Part shown: piece after piece, positions 1-43,689 of the stretch
How positions within the stretch are numbered: the stretch's first letter is position 1
How the letters are laid out: every line of letters begins with the position of its first letter
DNA from: Paraspadella gotoi
Taxonomy: Eukaryota; Animalia; Chaetognatha
Direction of reading: 5' to 3'
Length of the DNA: 64,000 bases
Assembly: GCA_051294375.1 (NCBI GenBank)
Contig: CM119266.1
Coordinates: forward strand, 16,548,087-16,612,086
Notes under the pieces: generated by a model
Databases searched by the model: none
Told to the model about the DNA's origin: nothing
The model's input: the letters and a program-made list of their open reading frames with translations, nothing else
Position numbers and translations under genes: made by a program

Positions 1-29209
<29,209 letters not shown>

Positions 29210-29626
29210 TTAAAGAGGAGGCGAGCGAGAGTGACGAGATGCGGAGAGAGGAAGACGAAGATAGAGAGAGAGACAGAGTGTGTCAGGATAGGAGGCGACG
29301 AGGTTTCCGAAAGAAAATCTTTTATTTTCTATTATCTGACGTTCAATTCTTAGTACGATTGAAGAGAAAAAAGAGAGAAAGATAGAGAAAAAAAAAAGGA
29401 GATTCCCTGGCGCAGATAGAGAGAGAGGCACGCTAGGCCTAAACCAACTTTATCTTCCTCGGCATGACAGTTTTCTCTCCCGCTATGTTATAGTTTTTAA
29501 TATTTCTCCATATTTTTTTTTTCGCGTGTGGGCAAAAAGGCTCGAGAGTGGAACCGGGACTCAGTTCCGGAATCAAAATAAAATCAGGTAAAATCCGGTC
29601 GAATTCGGCGTCCGGAAAGTAAATGA

Positions 29627-32600
29627 TGAGAGCGACTTACAATCTTTCTCTCTAAACCCTTCCTCTCTTCTCTCTCTCCGAGCCGGTCTATCACACGGCA
29701 CGGTTTAGAGAGAAAGAACCGTGGTATGTCGCCCTCAATGATTTAGGGTTATGTTTAGGATTAGGATTAGAAAGTTGAGGATAAGAAGATTTGAGTTTAA
29801 ACTATAACTTACAAGATAAATGATAGTGGAGAAAGTAATAATGCAGAAATTGAAATTGAAAATGTAAGCTGGGCCCAAAGGACGGAAATGGGGCGCTCTC
29901 GGAAGAGAGAGCCCGTTAGTCGTATTAAGCTAAATTAGAGATATTTTGAACAAATGTATGCTGGCCGAAACTTCTTACCTGAGGTCCTCGATGGTCTTTT
30001 CCTGGAGTAGACGGTCCCATGCCCGACCTAGCCTCCGAGGGCGGGGCGATGTTAGTAAAGAGCAGGCGAGTTGGGAAGGCCGACGTCAATTTTCGAGTCG
30101 TCGACGAAACTGAGTTGACAACAGAGAGCCGCGTCACTCCTTAACTTCTGCGAAGGAGAAGAGGAGGAAAGAGGAGAGGAGGAGGGAGGAAAGAGGAGAA
30201 AGGAGGAGGGAAGGAAAAGAGGAGAAGGAGAGGGAGGAACAGAAAGGGAAAGAAATAAAAAAGGGAACGATTAAGTCCAGTCAGGGTGTACGTAAGATAC
30301 ATCGTGATCCTGGAAAGAATTTATAGTATTACTTTATAAAAGATTTATGAAATATTTTAAAAAGCTGAGTTTTTAAAAATTATTAATTTTTTTATAAAAA
30401 AAAAAAGAACGAAAAAAACAACAAAAAAAACCAGAAAGTTATTTTCGGAAAATGTTCGGCAGAGGTTTGGAGAAAAGAAATTTTTTAACCAAAATAAAAG
30501 CCAATAATTTTTTTAAAAAATAAAAACACAAATTAGGATAAACTGGTTATCAAATCATACGAATTTTAAAAGAATCTATGAATAAAGCCGGTCGTAAACT
30601 AATACGGCTCGAGTATTATCCTCGGCTTGCAGCAAACAGAGTTTGTTTTCTATATAGGAGAAAATTTTAAGGAAGATTCGTGAACAGTTCTCATCCTCTC
30701 AAAGGATTTTTTAAATTGTGTGCTAAAGAGACGACGCAAAAATTAACATTTATCTCATCTCATCTCACTCCATCTCTCTCTCTCTCTCCTCTCGTCTCTC
30801 TCCCTCTCACTCTCAAAGTCTTTCTCTAATCTTCATTCATAAACTCCTACCCAAAGCACAGCGACGTAGGTAAAAACCAAATAAGTATATTGAATAAATG
30901 AGACCGGAGAATCTGGCGACGCCGAAGTGCCGCGCTTTAAGAGGTCATCAACAGCTCGCACGCGTCTGCCCGACGTTGACTAATTTATCTCTGCGCCTGC
31001 GGCGCCAAGCCTCCGAATAAAAATCAAAATACACGTTTTCGGTAGGATCATTTAATTCCATTCCTTCTCGTCTTTACTTCTTTCTCATCTCGAGTCTATT
31101 ATCTCAAAACTACTCGTTCACATTTCCCTAACGTTTCCTTTCTTTCTCATTAACACTCAACTTTACATTACCGATTAATTCCCAAACAATACCAAACGAC
31201 CACACCATTCTAAAATTTTCTTGCAACTATTTAGACTTTTCTCTATTTCTCCCTTTCTTACTCACTCTTTTTATTCTCTATTTCCTTCCCTTCTTTCACC
31301 TTTTTTTTCGCTTCCTACCCTTCTTTCCATTTTTTTTCCTTCCTTCTTTCCCTTGTTTTTGCCCTTAAACCCTTCTTTCCGCGTTTTATTTTTCCCTTCA
31401 CTCAGAACACTGTTCCAACGAGTCACGTTCGTTTCGATTCCTGGCCGCAATAATACGTCTCTCCTTTAATTAATGTAGAACATTGATCCAATTTTAGTTT
31501 CAACGCATCGAGAACCGATAGTTTTCTATTTTTAGAACAAATTTCGAATACTTTCACCTTTTTAAGCGGAGTGAGAGAAATTGTTAAAGCAGCGCAAAAC
31601 GGCTAAGAAATGAAAAAGGAGTAACGTACGAAATTTAGATCTGAAGCGAATATAAGTTGATCCGTGGGAGCTAAAAAGTATTTAACAGGTTGTATTGTTA
31701 GCTGAGGGCAAAAATCGCAACTGGTTTATGGAAGATTGGAGTAATGAAACCGAGTGAGAGTTCAAAAAAAAAAAACTAAGATCGATCTTGTGGGTGAGAT
31801 TCAGTGAGCCTATCGAGAGGGAGCAAAACGTGAATTCGGTCACACTGAATAAATTAAAAGCTATGACACTTTTTCGCAAATATCCATCAAGAAAGATCTC
31901 CGAGTTGACATGAAATATTGAATAACCAAGTTGACTACTTGACGGACGAGACTGTATACTAAACATGTGAGTCAGGGAACTAAAAAGTACCGCCAACGAG
32001 TTTGATGAGTACGGAGAAGAAGAGAGTACGAATTACTAAACAAGAGTGAGTAGCCGGTAAGTGGGATACAGAAATCAAGAAGATAATCCCGAAATGATGT
32101 GAAAAAAGCAGCAAAGCCAGTCGAGAGCACGCGTCCATACTTTTTCGGTACACTCGGTCCACCTTCTCGTCCTCTCCTTGCACCAAGTTCAACACGCAAA
32201 AAACTGCGGGAAGAGTCTCTCTCTGTCTCTCTTCTCTCTCTCTTTTCTCTCTCTCTCTCTCCGCGCGCGACGAGACAAAAGTGGAGAAATTGACAAATTT
32301 TCTCGGTTGTTTTCAATTTCGCTAACGCATCAATCTCTCATAATCCTCGTTTTCGTCGAAATTGAGAGCTCGCGGATCTTTAGTTTGGTCGTCTCTGCTC
32401 GCCCCCGTCTCTCTGCGTCACTCTCTTCTCTCCCCTCAGCTGTCTTTCAATTTATTATTCTTTATTCTTTTTACTTCCTGTTGTTTTTTTTCTAAAATTT
32501 ACCTGTTTTTAACTCGCCCCTCTTTCTTTCTTGCGAAACTTCTTTTTCTTTAAAATCATATATCTCTCTCACATGAATCGTCTGCATAAAAATCTTATAG

Positions 32601-35600
32601 GATATAGGGAAGCTTATTCCAACATTAAAACAATGCGCTCAACTCAACTATCCTCATTTAATCAACTTTTTAAGACGGGATATAAAGATCTCTAGAAATT
32701 TAAGTGAGTTACTAAGAAGCTAAATAGAGAACTGATGATTAGCATAGATTGACCTCGTTTTTTCTTTCGTAATCGAGTTTTTTAATTAACATTTGGACTC
32801 ACACTGGGAGAAGAGATGATATAATTGTTAGCTCATTAAGGAGAGTACAACTAACACATAAGCGTGAGAGAGAGAGAGAACTCTGGAGATGTATGACTAT
32901 GCATATATTAGATTTTTATATACCATGGGATGTCTAAGTTATAATTAAAAATGTACACTTTGAGAGAAACTCTCTGTTGAAGGTATTCCTTTTCTCAATA
33001 ACTCCGTCTGTTAGTTAAAAGTGATAACTTAGAGTAAGTGTGACAAATTAATTTTAGTTTCGAACGAAACACTTTGATAAATTTATCGATAAAATGCGGT
33101 TGTGCACACACAAAACTTTGTCAATAACTGTGATCAATGTAAAGAAGATGAGAGAGAAAGGTGGAGTCAAGAGCACAAGTCGAGTAAAGTGCTTTGAGAA
33201 AGCCTTTCCACAAATCAGCGATGCAAATGTAAAAGGAAAAAAAAGGAAAGGGTCGAATTGAGGTAAACGAAAATGAAATAAGGAACGAAAGCGAATTAAA
33301 GTAGATGGAAAGAAGTGAATAGAGAGACAGAATGGAAAAGAGCCGACAGGAGCGGAGAGGAAGAATGTAGCAACGACGACTGAAAATCCGAGCGAATGAG
33401 CGACGAAGAAGCGCCAGGAAAATGAAGAGGGAAGGTAGGCGAGGAAGAGGAAAAGAAAGGAGAATGAGAGAAGGGAGAGGTATTATCCATAAGACGCAGA
33501 GGAAAAAAAAGATAAAAGAATAATTGAGTTTGATAAAAATCGTGGTATTCACGACGTGTTCGTGGTCCGTTCGTTCTGGATATCCTTTTATTATATCCTG
33601 TCTTGCAATTCCATATTCATTATCCATATTTAAGTGTTCCCCTCAGAGGTGGCGCGGAGAGATGTAGCCAAATTGCGATTCTTTCTCCTTTGCGATTACG
33701 TACTTTCTCAATGCTCTTTAATCGGGTGACTTATGAAACATTCGTTCCTAGGCTTGCCCTTGAAGCTCCCATTGGGAATGGGGCATACTCAATCTTTCTG
33801 TTTTATGTGCTTTTTTTTGTGGGATACATAAATAGAATGAGCTCTAGCGAATGACGTCTGTTTTTCAGTCACTGGCCGCTGCTCGGATTCACCCCTAGGA
33901 CAGAGAGAGCTTTCCCTCACCGCTTTGCCCAACGCAGAGGGATTTTTTCGTTAGTCGCTATACTCTGCTCGATTATGAAACTATCGCGCCTCGGGATGGT
34001 GTGTTCCCCCTCTGAGCATCCATGGATTGGCTTGACCGGCATGGTGGACCACTCAGCAGCGGTAGATGAAATATACCGCACACGAGACGCGCGACGCATT
34101 GTCTAGCGATTGAGAACACCGACATATTTTTAAAGGACTCTAGGGGTGACAAAGCGACATCTATAACAATCCCTGACCAGGTTCCTCTCACCTGAGAGGT
34201 TGTCTCGACACCTAGCTGTACCTAACGCGATCATAAAATCCTCGATGGAAATACAGGCGGGGCTCCCTTTCTGTTCTGGGCGTCGACCGCGACAGGAACG
34301 CGCCGCTGCGTAACAGGCCTGGAACACTAATTCGCGCGATGATACACGAAACTAGACCAAACGATGTATAGATGCTAAAATACAACAATCCGTCAAGGAG
34401 TTAGCGGGAGAGTGGAGGTATCTGTGTACACTCTCGACTCTCGACGGTAGGTGTCGTGAAAGGAGATTGGTGGGGGGCGGCAAGAGCCGTAAATAAATCG
34501 GGAGCGTATCCAGTGCCTGGCGCATGAGGGGCGCTTCTCTTCTGTTGTACCGCTCGTACACCTAGCTATCAGTTCACAGTCCCAGCTATGGGAAACGCGC
34601 GTTCTAGTGCTCGTACCAGCTCGGTTACTTTTGAAGAAATAAATCTATGGCACGCAAGAGTCAGCGCTAGTTCGCTCTACGTAGGTCTTTGCCTCCCCGC
34701 ACGGATACTTATATATAGGAGTCAAGAGCGTAAAGCCCGCCGGTGAACCCCGGGCAGGTAACAATATTGGTTGAGAAGGCATTGGAGAAGAAATTACTTA
34801 AGGTTCGGCGCATAGTTGAATATAGAGCAGCTCTTAGTGAGGTGCTCGCCGAGTTTCGATGGGGCACTCATCAACTGTGATTGGACAGGACGGAAGGCCT
34901 GTTTGGTACGGGGGCAGAGACCTATTATTCTGGGCTCTCAAACTGATAACCTATACACGCTGTGTAACACCACACCATACTTGAAAAACAGCTGTCACCA
35001 GAAGACCAACTACTTATACACAATTTTATTCCGCATTCCAGATCATATTTTGGCTTCGTGGCGTTTACCCGCTTCTATCTGCGTGTTAGCTACGCCCACG
35101 CCGACGTCCGTTGCTTTGCCACCCGCAGAGGGAAGGTTTTGTCCTCGTTAGGCCCCGGTGAAACTGATGGAAAAATCGAACACTAAAAACATGTTAGACA
35201 AGCCTTGGGAAGTTGGTCAGTCGCTCTCACAACACTTTAGGACGCCACCATGCTCTGGCTGAGTCACCAGATGGCATGTGGGCTAGTACTCACGGCACGC
35301 GTGGACATGCCTGACGGTGTGCATAGTTGACGCTTAGTGTTTCGGCCTACATATTGCACTCTCCTATCTTTCTCTCGATAACCATTCTTATGTCGATGAG
35401 CGCCGCTCATTAAGTCACTGGAAACTTAAATAAACGTTGCCTCTGTAAGAACAAAAGTCGGTGCGCTAGACGGGAGCGAAGAGACACGCATCACCTCTAA
35501 TGTGCGAGGCCGTCATAAGCTCGTAAAGGCGGATCTGTCAAAGCAAGTACAGGACAGTGTACGTGTACTCGTAATCGTTGAGTGGAGCGGAGGTGTTTCG

Positions 35601-38600
35601 CGTCTTGTCAAACGCCGTCCGTATCAAATCCCATACAATTCGGCTACACCACGTTGCGCTCTGGGATTGATCGCCAATTACAGGAGCGAGTATACCTCTC
35701 TCAATATAGTTAGACTTGAATTACTATTCATATTCTTGGAGGCATAATATATATCCTCTTCTGATTTTTCCACACGGTTGAATTTATTCGGTGAGCTTCC
35801 TCTTCCTTTCTTAAAAAGACTTATATATTTTATTATCTCCACATACTACTAAATACTTCTCTCCTGTACTCATTTCACACATCACTCGAATGCCAAGAAT
35901 TAAAATTTCCTCGTGCGTCGTTACAAGCGCGGGCCAAAAACAGGATTAAATTTTTCAAGACGGGATCGTGAGAGTTATTCCACCAACAACCTTCTCTTAT
36001 GCCCTCATAACCACTCCTCAACATTTCTCAAAGAAAAGTCACATGCACTCGCGGAGTTTCTCTGAGTGGCAAAAAATTTGATAATATCAAACTGATAGAG
36101 GCGTACGAGATCGTAGAATCCCGGAGAAACTGATATATGAATTGTTTGTCATCCTCATCCTATTTTTAACTTCCCTTCTGCTCGGCATCTAGGTTTCTGG
36201 TCACACAATCTCACCTATAAAATCGGACGTTTTCCGACGAGCGTTATATAGGTTTATCATCTATTTCTCTCATCTCTTCTAGTCCTCTCTCCTCGTATTC
36301 CTCACCGACACTTACCACACCACATATTTCTTTTCCTTCTCTACCCCTTTCTTCTCTCAAAAACCTCTATCCAAAATACCGATTTAATCCTTCGTTCTCA
36401 AGCTCTCAAAATGAGTCTGTCTGTTCCGACGTTGGAAGTGAAGCCCTTTTCGCCTCACTGTCGCTCATATTTTTTAGCCCCTTTCAGATGTCCTACAATC
36501 AGGAACAAAACTCGAGAATACATAGTTTGGACGGCACTAGAGGGTGCACATAATAATCGGAGTCAATAAACAGAACAAGTGAACAAGGAGAAATCTTAAA
36601 GGTAAGATATCACCTATCAGTATCACACTTGGAGGAAAAAAGACGGAATGTTCTGATAAACTCTTTAAGAAAACGGCCGTCTATGACTTGTCCTTGAAAA
36701 GATGATCAGCCTCGCCAGAGAATAGGATGACTCTTTAGTGGACAGACGTTTTGATTCAAAATCAAATAAATTTTTTCTCATGAATAAGCTGATTTTTTAA
36801 TTTATTCCCATTAAATTGTAAGACAAAAGATAGATGTCGCTCATTATAAAAGTTACGAGGGAAAAAAATCATTTAAAAATTAAAACGAAAAGAGCCGCGC
36901 GCAAAGAAAAAAATAGATTCACAAAGCAAGAAGCTAGACTAGGTGCAGTCTTAGACGTGTCGGAAAGAGCGTTCTCCCCTCTCAAATCGCTCTCGACTTC
37001 TACCGCGTCTCACCCGTCTCCTGTACATTCAGCTCGGGGTACTCACCCTCATGCGTGATCGCACCGACCATAGGCGACGTACCTCGCCTACATGCGTCAA
37101 GTTATTCACATATAGACATAGAGGCGGAGGGAATCGAATTTGTATCGTCAACAACCGATATCATCCAGCGTCACAAGGAATGAATACCCGCGCCAAATGT
37201 ACAGAAATATATCGGGTCGAGTCATCGATCTGTACACGGGTATCTCATCCATTGGCGAGCGCTCTCCATAACCCAGCCTGCGGGCTCAAGCTGAGGGAGC
37301 ACAATCGAATGAGGAGGAAATGGATATATGCCTTTCTCAACCTCGTCCCCATTATCTGGTACCCCCCTGCGCCCGCAAGGTGTTCGGGTCGAGACAAAAC
37401 CCCTCCCAAACCCATTTCCCTCGGGCCCCTCCCTCCGGCCAAACCTCTAAGCCGCGCGGGCGGAGCAATTCGCTGTGAGGCGGAACGGCAGAGAGGTGAG
37501 CGTACACCGTGGGAGATAGAGAGAGGGTGGGAGAATGACAAACTGAAAAGTAAAATTGGGTGAATGAAACGAAGAAAAATTGGACATATAGCTTACCTAA
37601 TGAATATAAAAAGAAAATTATATTTATATATGTACAAATTTTTTTCCAACAATGAGTCTGCTCAAAAAAATAGAAATTATCAAGTAAGAGGGAAAAAGTT
37701 TCTGCAAAAGAAGCTGCTGGAAAGGGCAAGCCTCACTCCAGATTGTTAGGTTTATTAATATAGATGGTAGTTCTTAAATTGTTATACATTGGAATATTTC
37801 TAAAAAGACGATAAATCACTCGTCAGGGATTTTTTAACTTTCATGATATCTATCTAAATATCTACATACATAACTTGAGCTCAGCTTTAAGACTTACTAA
37901 TTTAACTCTTTTCATCTTCACTCGACATCTTGAAATTCCCGCGTAAGGAGAAGTTACTATACTAGTTAGTCAAGAGGAGATGAAAAAAGATTTTAGTGAA
38001 GAAAAGATGAAAGAAAGGACGTTGAGAAAAACGATGCGAAGGAAAGTACGGAGCCGAGAAAGTTGAGGACTTGAGCGACGTAAGGGCGTCTCGAGTCTGC
38101 GGGAATGACTCGCTCGATTCCTGATCGCCAAGAACGATAGCACGAAAATCAAAAGATCTCTCATCTTACTCTCTCTATTCTTCGAGACAGTTCTTCTCGT
38201 CTTCAGTAATCATTTTCATTCTCTATCAATGAGAATCATGACAGTTTAATGTCCTAAACTATTTAAACTGGGCGGCGATTCTGCGAGCAGCGCGACTTCA
38301 TCTGGTAGACAAGAGGTGTGTATAATGATATTATAATCATATTTTCTGATTTAATATTTTAAATAATTAGCAGAGGCGGATGAGAGAGACATACGTGTAG
38401 GTCTGTGGTGGCACTATATCACGTTGAGAGAGAGTGAGATGCTCACCTAGAGCGTATACTAGCTTAAATCGCGTGCAATTATTGAGGCCGTTCACGGAGT
38501 GAAGTGAGAATAATTGATAGAATAGAATAAAAATCTTATTTGGAATAAATTTTTCTTTGTGGAAATAAATTGAGTACTCGATGTGACATTTAAACATATA

Positions 38601-41597
38601 TAAGACAAGATGAGAGGAAGTAACCAGTATTTTAGAGGAGCTGTAACGACCAAGCGAGAGAATATCGCGCGTTCGAGTTATTTTATCGACTTGAAACACC
38701 AGATCAGTGATTGTGTCTTTGTACTTATCTACTGAAACACTTTCCATAAGCTGTAGGTGTATTTTTGTGACACATAATATAATATTTTAGAGTTGAGCTC
38801 AGGAAAGAGAGACAAGAAAACCGTATTTGTATAGATGAGAAAATTTTACGTAGTAACGAGTCACTAACAGAGGTCGGAAACGAGAACCTGGTATCTTCTT
38901 CAAATCAACTTTGAGTTTCTAACCGTTCCTATACTTATTACATACTACACACTTTCGCGCGTTTTCTCTCTCATCATCAGCTTAACTCATTTCTCAGTCA
39001 TACTTGTACTTCGTGGCTCGGAGCCCGGACAACTATTATGGCGCTGTGCTGGATCAAGCAGCACGAGAGAATTAGAGGGGAAGAGAACAGAGACGACAGA
39101 GATAGAGGAGAGATGAGAGAGAGCACAACTCGCATTGAGCTCTTTTGTTAGAACATCTGGATGGAGCTCTCTTGTGTTGGCGTGGACATTCCCACGGGCG
39201 ATTGTGAGGAGCCAGAAAGTACGAGTCACAGAATACATAGGACTTCAATGGATTTCTGCAGCTAGAGGATATACTCACATAAACGTGTGTGTTAGAGTAA
39301 TGAATGATGATATACAGTGATCAGAGCAGGTGGCGGAGACGCACGAGGAAGATATGACACGACGACGGAGCGAGAGAGAAGCGGGCAGAAAAGACGCATG
39401 TAGGAGGGAGAGGAGCACAACAGGCGGCAGCAGGAGGATTCCAGGGGCGAAGTAGACTGACGCGAAGCACGGAGAGATAGAAACGAGAAAAGAGGTCGAA
39501 GGGTTCTGACGCCACGCACTGTTCCCGAAATCACCACGGCGTCAGGCGGGAGCGGCTCGTTGAATCGAAGAGTGCCGGTTCGGGAGTACGTGCCGGCCCG
39601 AGAGTGTGTGGCTGGTCCGCGTGTTCGCTTGTGAGGGTCGGTCTCGTAGGACTCTGTGCTGCGCAACTACTTTGAATAGAGGAGGCGCACGAGGAGGCAC
39701 GTTAGACCCGGCACGCGAGTGGTAGACGCAGCATAAGAGTAGGAGTAGACAGAGTGTTGTCAGGATAGGAGGCGACGAGGTTTCCGAGAAGAGATAAATC
39801 TTGGTTATTGTTGCACTCACTTTATATTCTTGATCACGTTTTTGCGAGAGTTATTGGACTTTCAAGTACGATTGAAGAGAAGGAGAGAGTGATAGATAGA
39901 GACATAGAATGAAAGTAGAGGAGATTCCAGCTGGCGCAGATATTGATGCACCGAGTACAGGGAGAGAGTCGTCAACACGCTAGTTGCACTCACACGCGAT
40001 TATCCTTGATCTTCGCGCTCGGCTATCGATCGATCTTTCTCCTGCGTCGCGTCCCAGAGCTTTAAAATCCTAAACTACCAGATATTTTCTTTTATTATTT
40101 TTCATATCTCTAGTATTCTGTATATAAATATGCTTCTTGTGTGTTGCGTAACCAAAGGCTCGAGAGTGAGGAACGGAGAACAAGTTCAGAGAAGGAATAC
40201 AAAAAATCACACGGTAAAACCAGTGTCTTAGAGATTACAGGAGCATACTCGATAGTGAATATTCAAGGAAACGAATTTTACCTCTTTTCAGAGATCGAGG
40301 AATTCATAGAAATTAGGAGAATAACGAAAGTTAAGAAAATAAGATGACGAGAAGAAATAATAAGTGGAAAAAATGTAAAAAAAAAAAATAATATGAGAGA
40401 GAAGAGCATTACGCTCTTCGAAGATGTGTTCATATTGATAGCGAAAGTAAAAGACGTAAATATATGCAACTATCTCTCAGTGGATTCAAAGAGATTTAAT
40501 TGGTAACCGAATTATCCAAATTCATCCGTCTTGTATATATCAGGACTAAGTTTCAACTTAGTTATCCGTCTACATTGCGTAGTGCTCGTAATACATCTCC
40601 CTACATTATAATCTCTCTCTTCACTATCTTTCCAACTCATGCAAAACGTCTCAGCCTCTCTCTGCTCTCTCTCTCTTCTCTCTCTCTCTTCTTTTCAATG
40701 TGAATCATCTTTCGTATCAACATTCCTCATTCAATCATATCATCAAAAGAGAACATTACTGTACTTTAGATATAATGAGGTGTAACTATTCTTTTCTCTA
40801 TATCAGAGAGCTTGAGACACTTGATTAGGGAGAGCCCAAGAAGGAAAAAAACTAAATGAGTCTTATTCGTTAGGAAGTAAGAAAACTACTCTCAGAGATA
40901 TGAGCACTAAACATAATAAAAAAGATACGATGACATCATAATTAAAGAGAAGGAGTGCGCCACTCTGTATAAAGATGAGAAGAGACCAGTATGTACGAAA
41001 GGGAGAGGATAGAAGGAGAAAGCTAGCTAGGAAATCGAGGAGAGGAGCTTATACTCACGGAAGTATACAAGTAGTCGAGTATAAGCCGTTGTATGTATGT
41101 TATGCGTAGAGTTGACGCCACGAAGACGCACACAAGTTGTTGCTGATATCATTTGAGAGAAGCTGTTTTTGTTGTGGCTCTGAGATGACCGAGAGGGATC
41201 ACGGAGGAGGCGCAACGAGTTTCATTTGTTTGCTGGCCAAAGATCGAATTTGGTGTCACACTGGGACAAGGAAGGCGCGCAGGTCTCACTTCGGTTAAGG
41301 AGCAGAGGAGGGAGAAGGGTTTCCTTGTCCGTTGCTGGCGTAACCACTAACCACTAACCACAATACCAGTGGCTTTGACCACTGAACCCCTGGCTGGAAG
41401 AGTGGAGAGGCGCAGCCGGCGCGTTTGTGACCTCGAGTCATTGATAATGATGAATAGAAAAAGGAAAGAAAAAGAAAGTCTAAGGAAAAGAATGAGGTAA
41501 ATAATTTAAAAAAATTTTAATATGTTTTGGCGAACTAACTCTCAATTTTATTCTATGCCACGTATAGGGTATCATAAGGTTACTGTATTGAATTGAT
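29627..41597 (+). repeat. Indel-rich, degraded direct copy of ~23975-29620 (probable raw long-read gap-fill)
   Basis: Collinear anchors: 29980-30150 = exon 24303-24454; 36690-36920 = 28125-28340; 39440-39800 = 28980-29320; 40150-40220 = 29535-29590. Divergence is dominated by insertions; no counterpart was traced beyond ~40250, and the segment ends at an N-gap. Confidence 0.8.
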
Positions 41598-41651
41598 NNN
41601 NNNNNNNNNNNNNNNNNNNNNNATCGAAAGATCGACAACCCTCGCCGCCTC

Positions 41652-41892
41652 CTATCCTTTGCGTTTAGGACTCGAGTCGCGAATCGGCGTCGGGCGAAAG
41701 CAAATCCCGCATTTGTACATCAGCCGAGACGACGACGACGAGTTGTCGTTGTTGTTGCCGTTGCGACGGACTGGTCGATGACGGTGACGATGATGCGGAA
41801 GAACGGAGGAGTCGAGCGGAGCGGAGGACGACGTTGAGGGAAACGACGACGCATCCCCCACAACCATAGTATCCTCGGAGGAAGGGGGTCAT
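41652..41892 (-). other. Candidate upstream exon (GC-rich, Ser-rich), possibly 5' part of the coiled-coil gene
   Basis: cctctctgcag acceptor next to 41892 and coding-like composition, but frame and donor are unresolved next to an N-gap. Confidence 0.3.
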
Positions 41893-43689
41893 CTGCAGAG
41901 AGGATGAAGGTCACCGGGAAGGACGAGGAGAGAGCGGAAGAGGAAGAGCGCCGAAAAAGAAGGAGGAGGAGGAGGAGGAAGAGGCGGAAAAGTGTATCTC
42001 CTGATCTCTCCTTTCTAGGAAAGGAAAGTAAAAAGAGAGGGACGGCGGGAGACGGTGGTTTTAAGGCGTGCGAGGGCGTAAGGGTTTTTCGAGGAGAAAA
42101 GAAGGAGCGTTGAAGACGAGGGGCGTGGCTGCGTCGACGACAAAGACTGGAATTTGAAGTTGGTTTTTTTGGTTTTTTTCTGTTTTTGCTTTGTTTTGGA
42201 AGACGAGAAGCTCACGTCACGTTGCTTTGGTAAAAGAAAATATGTAATATTCAAGATGTTTCATTTTCTTTTTTTTCTTTTTCTTTAATTTCTTCGTACA
42301 TTTTACTTTCTTTGTTTTATTTTTTTCCGTTTCTTAATTTTCCTTATTTCTTCCTTCCTTCCTTTTTTCCCCTGATTCTAAGTTTATACGTAGGTCATGA
42401 TAACAAACGAAATAATTAATTCAAAACTATTTTGAATTGTTTATTTCCCCCCCAAATCAGATAAGAATAGAAGAGCATAGAAAGAAAGAAAGAAAAAATA
42501 ACCCACTCTTTATAAGAAGGAAAGGAGTTACGTACATAAAACGAAAAAAAGAAAGAAAATCTTTAGGTTCCACCGAAAAAAAAGTGAAAGAGCCAATAAA
42601 AGTGAATTTTAGTTTTTCTTTACGCCTCGCATCTGGAGATTTTGGGTCAGTTTTATCACTTTTTCCGCTCGAAGGGTCAGAACTTATCTTTTCTAAGAGA
42701 GGCGTCGCCTCCTTACGATTTGTTGGAGAAACTAAGTAGAGAGATAACCGGGTCTTCCATTCGAAGTTCGAGGAAGAAAATGAAAACAAAAGAATATCAG
42801 CCTTTTCAAAACAGTATTGCACGCCCTCTAAAAAGTCTTGAATATAAATATATATAAATAGTTAAATATAAATAGTTAAATATATATAAATAGTTAAATA
42901 CTCATCATTTTACGTTTTTGTCTCCTCAGTCTAATTACACATTGAAACAATCTACCAAGAAAAGGATTTTTTTTTTCATTTTAATTTTCTTTTTCTCTCC
43001 AAGCGTCGCGTTTCCAGCTTTGGAAGGGAGCAGCGCGACGTTAACGCGTCGAAGAATCTTTTTGTGTAGAGATTTTTGAAACTGAAGCCGCTCCGTCGGA
43101 TGCCTCATTAATGATAAGAAATTCTCTCTTTTCTTTCCATCTCTCCCTCAGCGACCTTCAGCGAGATTTGTCTCCGAGACACCCACCCACTTTATTTCCC
43201 CTTTCCCCCCCCTAGAGGATGATACATTCGCGACAGATGGTCACAATAAAAAAAAATGAGAGCGAATACATGATATACGACAATACAGCTACAAAAAGTC
43301 AAAACAAAGCGGTTGATTTTTTCTCTCTGTTGCTCGATCGATCGACGTAGAAGAGAGAGAGAGAGAGAGAGAGTAGAGTAGAGAGAGAGAGAGAGAGAGA
43401 AGAGACCCGCTGTCCCAGAGAGAGAGAGAGAGAGAATGCGTCGGTTAGTTTGCTTAAACTTTTCGTCGATCGTGAAATAAATCATTTTTTTCATTTAGCG
43501 CTGCGCGGCCTCGTCTCTCGCTTCGCATCTCAAATAAAAAAAATGAAATGAATAAAATCCATTTTCTTTTCCATTTTGATTAGTTGTAAAGTTTGAGTTT
43601 TTTAAAATTTCTTTTCGGCGCTTACTTTTATTTTTTTATCCAAGTTTTTTTCTCTGTAACATTTTTTTCGTCTTCACAAGTTTATTAAT

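Noticed and set aside
33121-41215. Many 60-170-aa ORFs in the mid-window
   Set aside because: They lie in error-rich duplicated sequence, with no recognisable domains or splice structure.
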